Of a stretch of 64,000 bases of DNA, positions 43,558 through 55,000 are shown in pieces. The position numbers and the translations under genes are program-made. Source of the stretch: an uncultured Actinomycetota bacterium (lineage in GTDB: Bacteria > Actinomycetota > Actinomycetes > Jiangellales > Jiangellaceae). Location of the stretch: assembly GCA_963712175.1 (NCBI GenBank), contig CAVQGZ010000008.1:212011-276010 (forward strand), given 5' to 3'. Below the pieces are notes generated by a model, which searched no databases, had not been told where the DNA came from, and saw only the letters and a program-made list of their open reading frames with translations. Each line of letters opens with the position of its first letter. The stretch's first letter is position 1.

Positions 43558-45411
43558 TCAGGACAGGCCGTGCATCCAGGTGCGAGCCCGGCTGCCCTCG
43601 CCTCGCACCCACTCGAAGCGGGCTCCGGTGACGACGAGCAGCACGCCGGCGAGGCCCAGCGCCATCCACCGCGGTAGCGCGTCCAGCCCGGTCCACAGCT
43701 GGGCCGCCGCCGCGACCAGCAGCGAGGCTGCCGCGGGCAGGAACAGGCCCAGGGAGTGCCGGCGGGCCCCGGCGATGCACGCGACGGTCCCGACGACGAG
43801 GACTGCGACCAGCCGGACGAGGTGAGCCGTGGGGTCGTCGTTGCCGTCCTGCACCCACGGCGCCGCCCAGGCCATCACCGCGGACGGCAACAGGGCGACC
43901 GTCAGGGCCGGCCCGACGCGCTCGAGGCTCGACACCGTTCGTCCGCTGCTTGCCAGCCACCCGGCCCCGAGCAGCGCGACCGCCAGTGGGACGGTCCACG
44001 CCTCCAGCAGCTCGGGGTAGCCCTCGGGCACGAGCGCCGCCGCTCCGGCGAAGCCGACCGGGGCTGCCGCCCACGCCAGCGCGGCCGCCGCGCCGCTGCC
44101 GCGTCCGGCCCACGCAGCGGCCACCAGGCCGACAGCGACCGTGACCAGCAGCGCCCCTGTCGCGTCCACGGCGCGATCCTCGGCGAGACGCTCGGCCGCC
44201 GACGTGCTCAGCAGCAGGCCCAGCCAACCCAGCCAGAGTGGCAGGGCGACGACGAGCCCGACCGCACCCCTGCCACGGTGCATGGGCAGGACGAGCGCGA
44301 CCGCACCCGCCACTCCGGCGCAGATCGCCAACGCGAGTGGGGCGCTCGGTAGCGCAAGCGCCAGGAGCAGGGCGGCGCTCGCGCCGACCAGCGCACCCGC
44401 TGCCACGAGGAAGGCCACCGGACGCGGTCTGCTCATCTGGCTCAGCGCGGCGAGCAGCACCGTCGTCGTGGCGACCGCGAAGAGCGTGCCGGCACCAACG
44501 GCGGCGGAGTCGAGCGTCGTGCCGACGGCCACGGGGCCTGCCACCAGCATGGCCACCGCTCCCGCCGTCACTGTCGGGCGCCGGTCGCGGACAAGGGACT
44601 GACGCACCCACGTCATGGTGAGCAGCACGACTCCCACCACAGCGGTCAGGGTCAGGCTGAGCACGATCGCGGACGCTCCTCCGCCGGCCCGCTCGGCGAG
44701 CATCGCGGCCCCAGCACCGGCGGCCGCCGTGACGCTCGCCCAGCCCAGCCACACCCACGAGCGAAGACCTGCGAGGTGCCCGGCCGCCAGCGCCGCGACG
44801 GCCAGAAGCGTCAATGCTGTGCTCGCGTAGGGCGAGGTCACCTCCGTGAACGAGTCAGGCACCACGCCGAGCGTGGGCGCTGCCACGAGATCCACCACCA
44901 CCAGCCCGAAGCCGAGTGCGGCCAGGGCTTCGGCCGTGCCGTGCAGCCGACGCCGCAGCAGCACGGCCGCCGCGGACACACCGAGGGTCGCGGTGACAAC
45001 GACGAGCAGCTGGCCGGTCGGGCCGATGCGCTCCCAGGCGACTGCGGTGAAGACCGAAGCCGCCACGACGAGGAGCAGCGCGCCCAGTCCCAGCAGCACC
45101 GTCTGGACGCCGACGCCGCGGGGCCGCGGCTCCCCGGCACCCGTGGCGATCGGCGTCGTTGGGGACCGCGGGTCCCATACCTGGTACTGCTGGATCACGT
45201 CGGTGTCCGGGGGTCCGTCACCGGCCTCGATCCGATCGTGCAGCCACTCCTCGCGCTGCTCGAGGTAGGAGGCCTCGGCGATGAAGCCGGCGAACACCTC
45301 ATGACCGCAGGCGCATCGCACCATGCCGGTGTCGGGCTCCATCCGCTCGGTGGACAAGACCCCGACTCCGCAGGCGGGACAGGTGATCTGTGAACGGGTG
45401 AGGGTCGCCAT
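43558..45411 (-). CDS. polytopic membrane protein with N-terminal zinc ribbon
   Basis: ATG 45411 after GAGGGAGGTGGTGG. CPACG-x17-CACGH, then more than 12 Ala/Leu/Val-rich TM helices. Confidence 0.7.
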   Translation of the reverse strand: MATLTRSQITCPACGVGVLSTERMEPDTGMVRCACGHEVFAGFIAEASYLEQREEWLHDRIEAGDGPPDTDVIQQYQVWDPRSPTTPIATGAGEPRPRGVGVQTVLLGLGALLLVVAASVFTAVAWERIGPTGQLLVVVTATLGVSAAAVLLRRRLHGTAEALAALGFGLVVVDLVAAPTLGVVPDSFTEVTSPYASTALTLLAVAALAAGHLAGLRSWVWLGWASVTAAAGAGAAMLAERAGGGASAIVLSLTLTAVVGVVLLTMTWVRQSLVRDRRPTVTAGAVAMLVAGPVAVGTTLDSAAVGAGTLFAVATTTVLLAALSQMSRPRPVAFLVAAGALVGASAALLLALALPSAPLALAICAGVAGAVALVLPMHRGRGAVGLVVALPLWLGWLGLLLSTSAAERLAEDRAVDATGALLVTVAVGLVAAAWAGRGSGAAAALAWAAAPVGFAGAAALVPEGYPELLEAWTVPLAVALLGAGWLASSGRTVSSLERVGPALTVALLPSAVMAWAAPWVQDGNDDPTAHLVRLVAVLVVGTVACIAGARRHSLGLFLPAAASLLVAAAAQLWTGLDALPRWMALGLAGVLLVVTGARFEWVRGEGSRARTWMHGLS

Positions 45412-45505
45412 CACCACCACCTCCCTCTTCAGCAAAGCCCGGGTAGGTCTCGGCGTCCAGTGGCATGAGGCCTGGGGCTGCCTGGTGGTGGTGCAGACGC
45501 CCGTT

Positions 45506-45724
45506 CTAGGAGCAGCAGCCTCCGCCGCAGCAGCCGCCGCCACCCGACGGAGCCGGCGCGGACACCGGAGCCGAGGCACCGGTCAGGGCTCCTGCCATCG
45601 ACAGCAGGCGGACGGTGTCGGCGTGGCCGCCGGGGCACGTCGCCGGCGCTGAGGACTCCGCCATCGGTCGCTGCTCGGTGAAGGTTGTCCCGCAGGAGCG
45701 GCACCGGAACTCGTACGTGGGCAT
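45506..45724 (-). CDS. FmdB-family zinc-ribbon protein
   Basis: MPTYEFRCRSCG...CPGGH with a Gly/Cys-rich C-tail, 72 aa. Confidence 0.8.
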   Translation of the reverse strand: MPTYEFRCRSCGTTFTEQRPMAESSAPATCPGGHADTVRLLSMAGALTGASAPVSAPAPSGGGGCCGGGCCS

Positions 45725-45767
45725 GCTCCACAGGGTATGCGGTGGCGATCCGTGGTGTGCTTCAGGC

Positions 45768-46496
45768 GTGAGCGCCGTGGTGTCACCCGTGACCGCCCAG
45801 CAGATGCGCGATGTCGATCGCCTGATGGTCGACGAGGCCGGCATCTCGCTGGTGCAGATGATGGAGAACGCCGGGCGTGCCCTGGCCACCGTGGCCAGAT
45901 CCCACCTCGACGGTTCCGTGCACCGCCGGCACGTCGCCCTCCTGGCCGGCCCGGGCGGCAACGGAGGCGGCGGTCTCGTGGCCGCTCGGCGGCTCACCTG
46001 CTGGGGTGCCACCGTGACGGCGTGGACGTCTCGGCATCCGGACGAGCTGACCGGGGTACCGAGGCACCAGGCAGCCGCGGCCGAGGCCAGCGGGGTTCAT
46101 CTGCGCTCCGGCCCGCCCGGTGCCGCGGACTTCGACGGTATGGACGTCGTCCTCGATGCCGTCATCGGCTACAGCCTGCGCGGTGCTCCGTCGGGCGTCG
46201 CCCGCGAACTCGTCCGCGCAGCACTGGCCGCCCGGGACCGCGGTCTGCCGGTGGTCTCGCTCGACGTCCCGTCCGGCCTCGACCCCGACACCGGGCGCGC
46301 ACCAGGGACAGCAGTACGGGCCAGCCACACCGTCACCTTGGCGCGCCCCAAGCCTGGCCTGCTCGACCCCGCCGCGGCGGACCACGTCGGCGCCCTGAGC
46401 CTGGCCGACATCTCGGTGCCCGGTTGGGTCTACGCCCGCCTCGGCCTCGACCCGTCGTCGCCGTTCGGGGCGTCCGACATCGTTCGGCTTCGCTGA
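45768..46496 (+). CDS. NAD(P)H-hydrate epimerase (YjeF N-terminal domain only)
   Basis: MENAGRALA, LAGPGGNGGGGLVAARRL, DAVIGYSLRG, SLDVPSGLD. GTG start is one of 45768/45777/45789. Confidence 0.8.
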   Translation: MSAVVSPVTAQQMRDVDRLMVDEAGISLVQMMENAGRALATVARSHLDGSVHRRHVALLAGPGGNGGGGLVAARRLTCWGATVTAWTSRHPDELTGVPRHQAAAAEASGVHLRSGPPGAADFDGMDVVLDAVIGYSLRGAPSGVARELVRAALAARDRGLPVVSLDVPSGLDPDTGRAPGTAVRASHTVTLARPKPGLLDPAAADHVGALSLADISVPGWVYARLGLDPSSPFGASDIVRLR

Positions 46497-46687
46497 GCCC
46501 TCGCTGACCACCTCGGGGAACCTCGGGGTCAGACCCGGGTTGTCTCCGGGACGATCCCGGATGGCCCGGCTGCCGCCCACCCGTCGTCTGGGGCACCTGT
46601 GACGGGTTAGCACTCGTGGTGTCTTGTGTGCTAGCCGCTGGTGTGCGCATAGTTCCCTGGTCAGCCCCGCTGATCGGGAGGTGCGCC

Positions 46688-47222
46688 GTGGACGACTCGA
46701 CGTCTTTGCCGGTGGTAGGTGTCGCGCCGTACGCCCACAAGGACATGACCCTGGCCGGCTTCGTGATGTCCGGGCGCTGGCCGGCCAGCACGCGGGAGTG
46801 GGCCCAGGTTCTGCTGCTCGCGGTGCGCCTGGCGGCCGTCCCGGGCTTCGTCCCCACGACGTCGCTGTTCCGAGCGGTCGAGGATGTGCCGGACGAACCG
46901 GCGCCGCACAGCGTCGGCCTGCTCACGAACGAGGGGCCCCTGCTGGGCGAGGTGACGCTACGCCCGGGGTCGCTGGACTACCCCGCCCGCGCTCTTCGTC
47001 CTGCACCCGCCGGACGAGACCCGGCACTCGACCCCGGAGGCCGAGGGTGCCGCGAGTGGCTGCCTGCTGCTGCCGGGCCTGCCACACCTCGGGATCGAGC
47101 ACCGGGCGACCTGGGTCGAAGCCGAGTCGGACGGCACCGTCACGAAGCTGTTGAGCAGCGTGGGCGTGCACGTCACCGACGACCCGGACCTGGCCGTGAT
47201 GGCCTCGCTGCTCGCAGCCTGA
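46688..47222 (+). pseudogene. hypothetical protein, frameshift near 46980 as assembled
   Basis: GTG 46688 after GGGAGG. Coding-looking frame 2 runs to ...RPGSLDYP, then frame 0 (PALFVLHPPDETRHS...GIEHRATWVEAESDGTVTKLLSSVGVHVTDDPDLAVMASLLAA*) to 47222. Confidence 0.45.
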
Positions 47223-47225
47223 GGC

Positions 47226-47643
47226 CTATCGGGCGCCCAACCAGCCTGCGACGCCGGCGACGAAGCTGCGCAGGTCGGAGAGGTCGTCGAGCCTGCGCTC
47301 GACGATCGAGTCGTCGACGTCCACGTAGTCGTGGACGAGCACGTTTCGAAAGCCGACGGCCGATCGAAGCTGATCGGCAAGAGCGGCGTCCACGACTCCG
47401 TGTCGCGACAGCAGCCGGATCGCGTCCGCATTCGTGTCGGGCGGGCCCCACCCCTCGCTGGCGCACATGTGCTGTGCGATGTCGATGCAGGCCTCGATGG
47501 CGGTGATGAACTGGTACTTCACACCACTCAGCCAGAGGGGGTCGGACGACGTTCGGGCGACGCGAGGGCCTCCCGATGCGCAGGACGGACAGGTCGTCGG
47601 CCACCGATCGAAGCAGCCTCGCCACCCGACGCTCGTCAACCAT
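47226..47643 (-). pseudogene. HepT-like (DUF86) toxin, one frameshift as assembled
   Basis: ATG 47643 (MVDERRVARLLRSVADDLSVL...) in one frame. DPLWLSGVKYQFITAIEACIDIAQH...RNVLVHDY (Rx4HxY) is in another frame, ending at 47226. Confidence 0.7.
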
Positions 47644-48024
47644 GGCGGACCGCCTCCAGGAACTCCCGGTGAGCTCGGTCGATGCGGGGCCTCTCGTCGA
47701 AGTAGATCTTGCGGGTCATGGCCTGCCACCGGACTCGCTCTTGCGGGTCGTCTCGAACAGCAGCTCACCTGAGACCGCGACGGGACCGGCCATCTCGAGC
47801 GGGCGCCGTGTTCAGCACGAGCAGGTCGACGTCCGGGGAAGGCTCACCTCGAACGAGGCCGGCGCGGGCAGCGCCCACCAGGCGGCGACGTCGAGGTCGG
47901 AGTCCGGCCGCGCTCCGCCGGCCACCCTGCTGCCGTGGACGAACGCGAACGACGCATCCGCCTGCCCGCAGCACGTGCTCGGCCGGATTCCGGGCGCCTG
48001 ACCGGGTGCCCTCGGCGCGCTCAC
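47636..48024 (-). pseudogene. MNT-type nucleotidyltransferase antitoxin, at least 3 frameshifts as assembled
   Basis: FAFVHGSRVAGGARPDSDLDV (GS-x10-DxD), PDVDLLVLNTAP, LEMAGPVAVSGELLFE and RVRWQAMTRKIYFDERPRIDRAHREFLEAVRHG* lie in different frames. The stop overlaps the HepT start (ATGGTTGA). Confidence 0.65.
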
Positions 48025-48075
48025 CGGTAGCAGTGTCGCAGCGATCGCCAGCCCGCTCCGGCAGGCTGTCGTGCC

Positions 48076-48958
48076 GTGCAGGGGATGACCGACGAGGGCC
48101 GCGACGTCGTCGCGCCGCTGGTGCTCGGGGCGTGGGACGACTTCCTGTCCCTCGTGGAGCCGCTCGACTTCGACGCGCCGAGCCGCCTGCCCGGCTGGCG
48201 GGTGCACGACGTCTGCGTCCACCTGGGTGCCTGGCCCGAGCACGACGCGCTGGCCGGTGTGCTCGAGTCGGCCCGAGCGGGGCAGCTCGACCGGCTGCCC
48301 GACAGCGACGAGATCAACGCACGCCTGGTGGCGGAGTACGCCGAGGCATCGCGTGCGGAGGTGCTCGACGCGCTCGTGCCGCGCCCGGGACAACGCGGCC
48401 GAGTACTTCGCCGAGCCCGACACCTCGCTCGACACGGCGCTGACCGGGTCGGTCGTCGGCCCGCTGCCCGTGCTGTCGGTGCTGCTCGGTGGCACCTACG
48501 AGCTGGCCGTGCACGCGCTCGACCTGGCCCCCGCCGGCGCCGCCGACGCCGTCGGACCACCTGCTGCTCACCGGCCTCGGTGCGCTGGCCGAGGTCACCG
48601 GGCGCCCTGGCGGCGCGGGTCGGCGTCGAGGGCGGGGCGTCGTTGCACTCGCCCATCGGGGGCTGGGAGTTCGCCGCTCACGACGGCGGCTGGACGACCC
48701 GACGGCTCGGTCCCGAGCCGCCCTCGGGCACCGCCGTGGAAGGCGATGCCGCCGGCCTGCTCGACCTGTCCGCCGGTCGCATCAACCCGGTCGCCGCCAT
48801 CACGAGGGGGCACCTGCGGGTTCATGACCTGCCTGGGCTGCTGCGACTGGCGCCCATCGTGGAGTCGGTGCCGGGACTGCCGGGTGGTCCGGTGCTGAGC
48901 GTGGCGGCTCGCACCCTCGCCGTATCGGTCAATTGGCGGAGATTCTTCCGCAAGGGCT
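48076..48958 (+). pseudogene. DinB/mycothiol-dependent maleylpyruvate-isomerase-N-domain family protein, several frameshifts as assembled
   Basis: Family-like segments (LPGWRVHDVCVHLGAW; AEYFAEPDTSLDTALTGSVVGPLPVLSVLLGGTYELAVHALDL; LLLTGLGALAEVTG; GGWEFAAHDGGWT...INPVAAITRGHLRVHDLPGLLRLAPIVESVPGLPGG) alternate between three frames. The 3' end is uncertain. Confidence 0.6.
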
Positions 48959-49017
48959 TGACCGGCCCTGGGCACCGCTCCGTACTTTCGACGCGACATG
49001 TCCCATTTTCGGGGGTC

Positions 49018-52000
49018 GTGACGAGCCGCCAGCAGTGCGGCGCTCGAGGCGACGGCCCGGTGCTGCTGGTTCTTGCCGCTCTGCTCTCGGTCCCGCTCGT
49101 TCCCATCGACCTCGTCGGGCTGGCGGTCACCGGGCCCGACGGTGCACAGCAGCGTGCCGAGGCGGCCTCGTCCTCGATCACCATCACGCTGGGCCCGGAT
49201 GACTGGACGGCGTCCGTCCCGCCTCGTCCTCGAGCCCGGCGGCGACGTCACCTGGCGCAACCGCTCCGGTCGCACCCTCGCGATCACGTCACCGGACGGG
49301 CTGCTCGACTCCGGCCCCATCCCGGACGGCGGATCCTTCGTCGCGTCCCTGCCCGAGAACGGCAGCTACGCCTGGACAGCGACGTCGGGGGCGCCGCGAT
49401 CGTCGTCGGCGGCGCCCTCGAGGGTGACCCGGCAGGCCCGGCCGCCGACGCGATCCCCGACCTGCTCTACCCGCCGGTCTCCGAGGACGACCTCGCGCTG
49501 CACCCCGATGTTCGTGGTCGACCTTCCCCAGTCGCTGGCGCTCATCGGCTTCACGCCCACGGCCACGGTGGCGCAGGCGAATGCCGCACTGGGCCCGGAC
49601 TGGGTCGTCGTCGGCGGCATCCCCGAGTTCGGGCACCTGTATGTGCAGACGGCCCAGCCCGTCGACTCCTTCGACGTGCTGGACGAGGCCCTCGCCGCAT
49701 GGCGCGCCGACCCCGCGATCGAGTTCGCCTCCTACGTCTTCCCGTGGGAGGAGACGGCACTGCCCGACCCGGTGTCGCCGCTCGTGGCCCCGCCAGGACC
49801 GTCGGAGTGGTTCTGGGAACCGCCCAGCGTCGCGCCCATCGGATCGGGGGGCAACTGGGGCCAGGAGCTCATCCGCGCTCCTGCCGCCTGGAACCTGCTC
49901 GAGGCGGCGGCTCTCGACGGCGCCCAGGGCCGGTCCACGACGGTGGTGCTCGACTCCGGCTTCGCCGACCACGTCGACCTCGACCGACTCGATCGCCGCG
50001 TGCTGTGCGACCCCGGGTCGCCGTCCGTCTGCACCGGCACGGGTGCCGACGACCACGGCAACGAGGTGGCCGGCATCATCGGCGCCGACCGCGAAGCGCC
50101 GGGGCTCAACGGCATCGACCCGCTCAGCGACCTGGTCGGCGTGGTCTGGCGCGGGTCGGGCAGGGTCGGCTCGTACGGGTCGTCCGACAGCGCCCTGGCG
50201 CTGGTGCTGCGCAACATCGCGGCGGGCAACCTCGGCGACGTCAACGTCGTCAACCTGTCGATCGGACTGTCCCCGCCCGAATCCGGCGCTCTGGTGGGCG
50301 CGCTACGCGCGGCGAGACCTGCGGCCCCGGGCGTGACGACGACGCCGGAGCGACCGGCACCTGCTACCCCAGCACCCACGACGCGACGATCGAGGAGTAC
50401 GAGCAGTACGCCAAGGCAACCCGCGGGGTCGTCGAGGCGTTCGCCACGCAGCTGGCCGATCCGCCGCTGCTGGTTGCCGCGACCGGCAACTACTCGGCTC
50501 AGTACTGCCGAGACAAGTCGGTGTCGTGCACCGGCGTGGAGTTCCCCGACACCGAGCCGCAGGGCAACCTCGGCTCCGGCTTCGCCTGGGCGAGCGACAA
50601 CTGGCAGATCAGCGCGCCCGACCCGGTGATCGCCGTCGAGTCGATCGGCTACAGCGCGAACGGACCTGTGCGCGATACGTTCCCCGAGCGCCCGAGCCTC
50701 GCCGCGCTCCACCTACTCCAACGTCTCCGGCGACGTCTCGGCACCGGGCTGGACGTCGTCCACGTGCGGCGCCGAGGGCCCGCCCGACACCTACTGCACC
50801 AGTCGCGGGCACGTCGTTGGCGGCGCCGGTCGTCGCCGGCATCGCCGGGCTCATGGCTTCGTGGGACCCAGCCTGTCGGCCGCCCAGACTCAAGCAGCGC
50901 ATCATCGAGTGGTCCGATCGCCGACACGACCAACGGTGCGGCTCCGCGGGTCGACGCGTTCGCCCCGCTGCTCAGCCTCGACGGTGCGGCGCGCGCGCTC
51001 GTCGACGTCAACGACCCGTCCAACGACGGCAACCGGCGCATCGCCTACAACCGCGACGGCACGATCGCGCTGGTCGACACGGTCGAGTCCGAGCGAGATC
51101 GGAGTTCTCGACCGACCCCGACGGCGTGATCGACCTGCGTGACTTCCGCCGCTTCCGCGACGCCTGGCTGCTGCGGTGCCTCATCGACGCCGAGCCCGGA
51201 TGCCCCACCGACATCGATCTCGACGGGCAGCCCGACCACCCCAAGCGCGACATCAACCTCGACGGCCCGGTGTCGCTCATCGCCCCGGCCGCGGGCCAAC
51301 CCAACCCGTCGGAGGCGACGTTCCCGCGGTTCGACTTCAACGGCGACGGCGAGGTGTCGGCGACCGCGCCCGCAGCGGTTCCCGTGGACGGCGGGGCCGT
51401 CCTCACTGACGTCGAGGTGCTGGCCAGCCAGTGGGACGACGCCGACGAGCCCGGGTTCGGCGTCGAGGCCGACGATCTGGCCGACCTGCATGGTCTCCGG
51501 CGACCTGACGCTGGTCGCCGACGACCTGGCCGGCGACCGGCGACGACGCGGCCGAGGTCGACCGTCGTCGACGTCAGACCGACACGAGCACGCCGCGCTC
51601 TGAGCATCCCCATCCCGGACGTCGACGAGCTGCCGCTGGCCGACCACCCGGTGCTGACGCTGCCGGCCAACCGGCCGTTCCGCCTCGACGTGTCGGTGGA
51701 CGGTCCCGACGGCTCGTGCGAGATCGGGATCGGCCCGATCGTGGTGCGTCCCGGCGAGGACCGCCGCGTCGACCTCGACGCGGCGCTGGCGCTGTCCGTC
51801 GACCCCGACATCGTCCGCCTCGGCGGGTCCGCCGAGGTGACGGTGACGGCCGTGACGTGCGCGGGATCGGCCGAGGGCAGCCTCGTCGACCTGGCCATCG
51901 AGCCCACGAGTCGCGACCGGCGCCAGCCTGGCCGACAGCCAGCTCGTGCTGGACGCAGGACGGCGAGGCCACGACCACCCTGGCTGCCGGCGACGACACC

Positions 52001-55000
52001 GCGGTATACACGCTCACCGCCGACACGACTCTCGTCAACGGAGCCCAGCTGGTACCGGCGTCGGCGAGTACCACCGTCGCGGTGAGCGAGACCTACGACC
52101 TCGAGCGTCGCGGCCGTCGACGGACCGACTCGCTCTACGACGCCGTGGACGACTTCTTCGCGCCAGGCACTCCGCTCGGGCCTTCGATCAACGGCGACGG
52201 CGACGTCGCCTTCGGTGCCCTGCCGGTCGACCTCGACCGCTACGGCGCTGTTCGTGTCCGAGCCGGGCGACAGCCCCGTCGACGTCGCCGACGCCGACGA
52301 GCGTCAGACGGCCTGCCCATCGACGCGTCAGACATCTTCGTCAAGGGTGAACCGCAGCTCAACGACTCCGGGGAGGTCGTGTTCACGACACAGGAGACGT
52401 TCGGTACGAACGACATCGCGACCATCGTGACGCGCAGCAGCGGACCCGGCGCGACAGACGCTGTCGACCTTGCGTTGGGCCTCTCGGCATTCGGCGCGAC
52501 CGGCGAACGGTTCGAGCAGGTCGGACGCCCGACCATCAACGCCGACGGCCGCGTCGTCTTCGTGGCCACTCCGCAGGGGGCCACCGACGTGCTCGCCGAG
52601 AGGCAGGGGGACGCCGTCGTGGAGGGCCCGTCCGCCTCTTCGGCGCCCGACCGCGTCTCGCCGACGACGGCACCACCGTGGTCCGGGCGCAGCATCTCGC
52701 GTGACTGCGCCGACTTCCCGGGCGTCTGCGGGCCCCTCCAGGTACTCATCGACCCGATCGTGCTGGTCGGCGAAGGACTGCTCGACACCGGCGGCGTCGT
52801 CGTCGCGGAGGGCCGCGTCGACGGCTGGGAGACCATCGGGGACGCCGACATCAGCGACACCGGCGACGTCATCGCGTTCGTCGCCGACCGCGACGGCGAG
52901 CGGGGGCTGTGGATCGCCGTGCGCCGTCCGGACGGCGTCGTACCAGACCGCCCATCGCCGTCGCCGGACCTGCCGCCTCGACGGCAGCAGCCCTGATCGA
53001 GCTCGATCTCGACCGCCCCAGCCTGGTCCAGCGTGCGGTCGCGCCCGACGGGCCCTGGCGGCGACCGGGTGATCCTTGCGTCCGCGGCACGGCCTACGCG
53101 AACGCCGGTCCGGCGAGCGAACGGCATCCACACCATCCCGCGTCGACCTGATCCCGACCGACGACGACAGCGATCCCGTACTTCCCTCGGGTGCAGCGCC
53201 GCAGCAGCTCGTTGCGCAGGTCGGCGACAGCGGTGCGACGGCCGCACGATCGCCTCGCTGCGGCTCGGCGACTCGCTCGCCGCCGCCGCGGAGCCGGAGT
53301 TCGCCGACGACCACTGGGTCGCCTTCTTCGCGCGCACCGACGACGACCGCAGCATGTACGTGCGCGCCCGCGCGCTGCCTCCGCCGACCGCACCGCCGGC
53401 CGGCGCTGCGGCGGCCCGCCGGCCGCTGCCTCCTGCTCCAGCGGCCGACGGGCCTCGTCGCCGTGATCGCGAGCGACAGCGGATCGCGTAGCCAGGTGGT
53501 CAGCCAGGCCATCCCCGCCGTCGCGCACGCCGTCACCTCCTGGCTCCCGTCCGTGCTCGTCCAGGACGTCCCACCGGGCTCGTCCCCGACCGAGCCGGTC
53601 GACGGGCCGCACGTCGCGGCGCTGACGATCGACGACGACACCCCTGTCGCCGGGAGTGCCGGTGCGGGTCGTCAACCGCAGCCGGGCGCTCGACGGCAGC
53701 GCCGTCCTGGGCAGTCGTGGACGAGACCCGGTCCGATCCCCGTGTGCTGACCCAGCCGCTCGTCCTCGCCCCGGACGCCGAGGGCACGATCGTCTACCCG
53801 TCGGCCGCGTCCTGGACGCTCGAGGTGGGGGCACCACTCGTCGCCGGAGCACGGAGCCACGACGGCGGCCTTCACCGTCGAGGCGGAGCGCGGCGCCAAC
53901 CGTGACCCGGTCGCCAGCGTCGACGGTCCCTACCTGCTCGGCCCCGGGCAGCAGCTGCGACATGCGGGTCACGTCGTCGGACCCGGACGGGGACCCCCGC
54001 TCGATCGCCTGGGACCTCAACGACGACGGCGTCACCGACTCGACGAGCAGCAGGGTGCGGCTGACCGGCGCCGACAGGTCCAGACCGACGTCTGCGGCGG
54101 GACGTGTGTGCTCGACCAGCCCTACCCGGTGTCGGTCACGGTGACCGACGGGCAGGGTGGATCGACCACGCTCGACACCACCGTGACGGTGTCCGAGCTC
54201 GACGACCTGACGCTGCGACTCGGCCCCGCCGTCACGACGATCAGCCAGGGCACCGACGGGTTCACCTACGCGTTCGTCGACGCCCCCGACGGCAGTCCGA
54301 ACGTCCCTGTCGAGCTCTCCGCCGAGAACGTTCCCGAACGGGTGGCAGGTGATCACGCCCACGGGGACGGTGCTGACCGGCAGTGGCTACGAGGTGCGAG
54401 GTACGGGTACCGAGCGGGAACGCCGGACGACACCTACACCCTCGACGTCGTCGCCACGTCGGGAACCGTCACCAAGCGCGCGACGCTGACGGTGACGACG
54501 ACCTTCGCGCTCATCCCGCAGTGCGAGGCGACGATCGCCGGGGTCGTCACCGACCAGTCGACGGCACGCCGATGGAGGACGCGCGTGTCGACATCAGCGG
54601 GCTGACCGCACGACGTCCGTTCGGCCGAACTGACAGCGCCGGTCAGTACGAGCACGGCGCCACGCTCGAACCGGGGCTACACGACGCAGAGCATTCGCTG
54701 GGACGCCGGGGCCGCGGGTTCCTCTCGGCCGGGGTGGCCAGCCGGTCGGGGCGGCACCCGTCTACCTGACGTGCGGTGAGACGACCACCATTGATGTCAC
54801 GCTGGAGCGCGATTCCGACAGCGGATGGCATCCGGGCCCGGGCCGTCGTCGGCACGGCCAACCCCGTCAACCCGCAACGACCGGTGTCGACCGGCATCCC
54901 GCTGGACGGCGTGCCAACGTGTCCATCAGCCCGGGAGGATCAGGGGTCAGCCCCGCCGACGGCGTCGTGCAGTTCGACGCCCAGATCGAGCTCGGTGACT

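Noticed and set aside
45506-45724. The Gly/Cys-rich C-terminal tail (GGGGCCGGGCCS) of a 72-aa protein as a possible RiPP or metallothionein-like precursor.
   Set aside because: The N-terminus is a textbook FmdB zinc ribbon (YEFRCxxCG...CPxC/GH), and such Gly/Cys tails are common in that family. No maturase is adjacent.
46607-46634. CIRCE-like inverted repeat TTAGCACTC-N10-GTGTGCTAG upstream of the 46688 gene.
   Set aside because: The right arm matches the CIRCE consensus GAGTGCTAA at only 7 of 9 positions. The spacing is 10 rather than 9, and the downstream gene is not a chaperone. It is probably fortuitous or a different operator.
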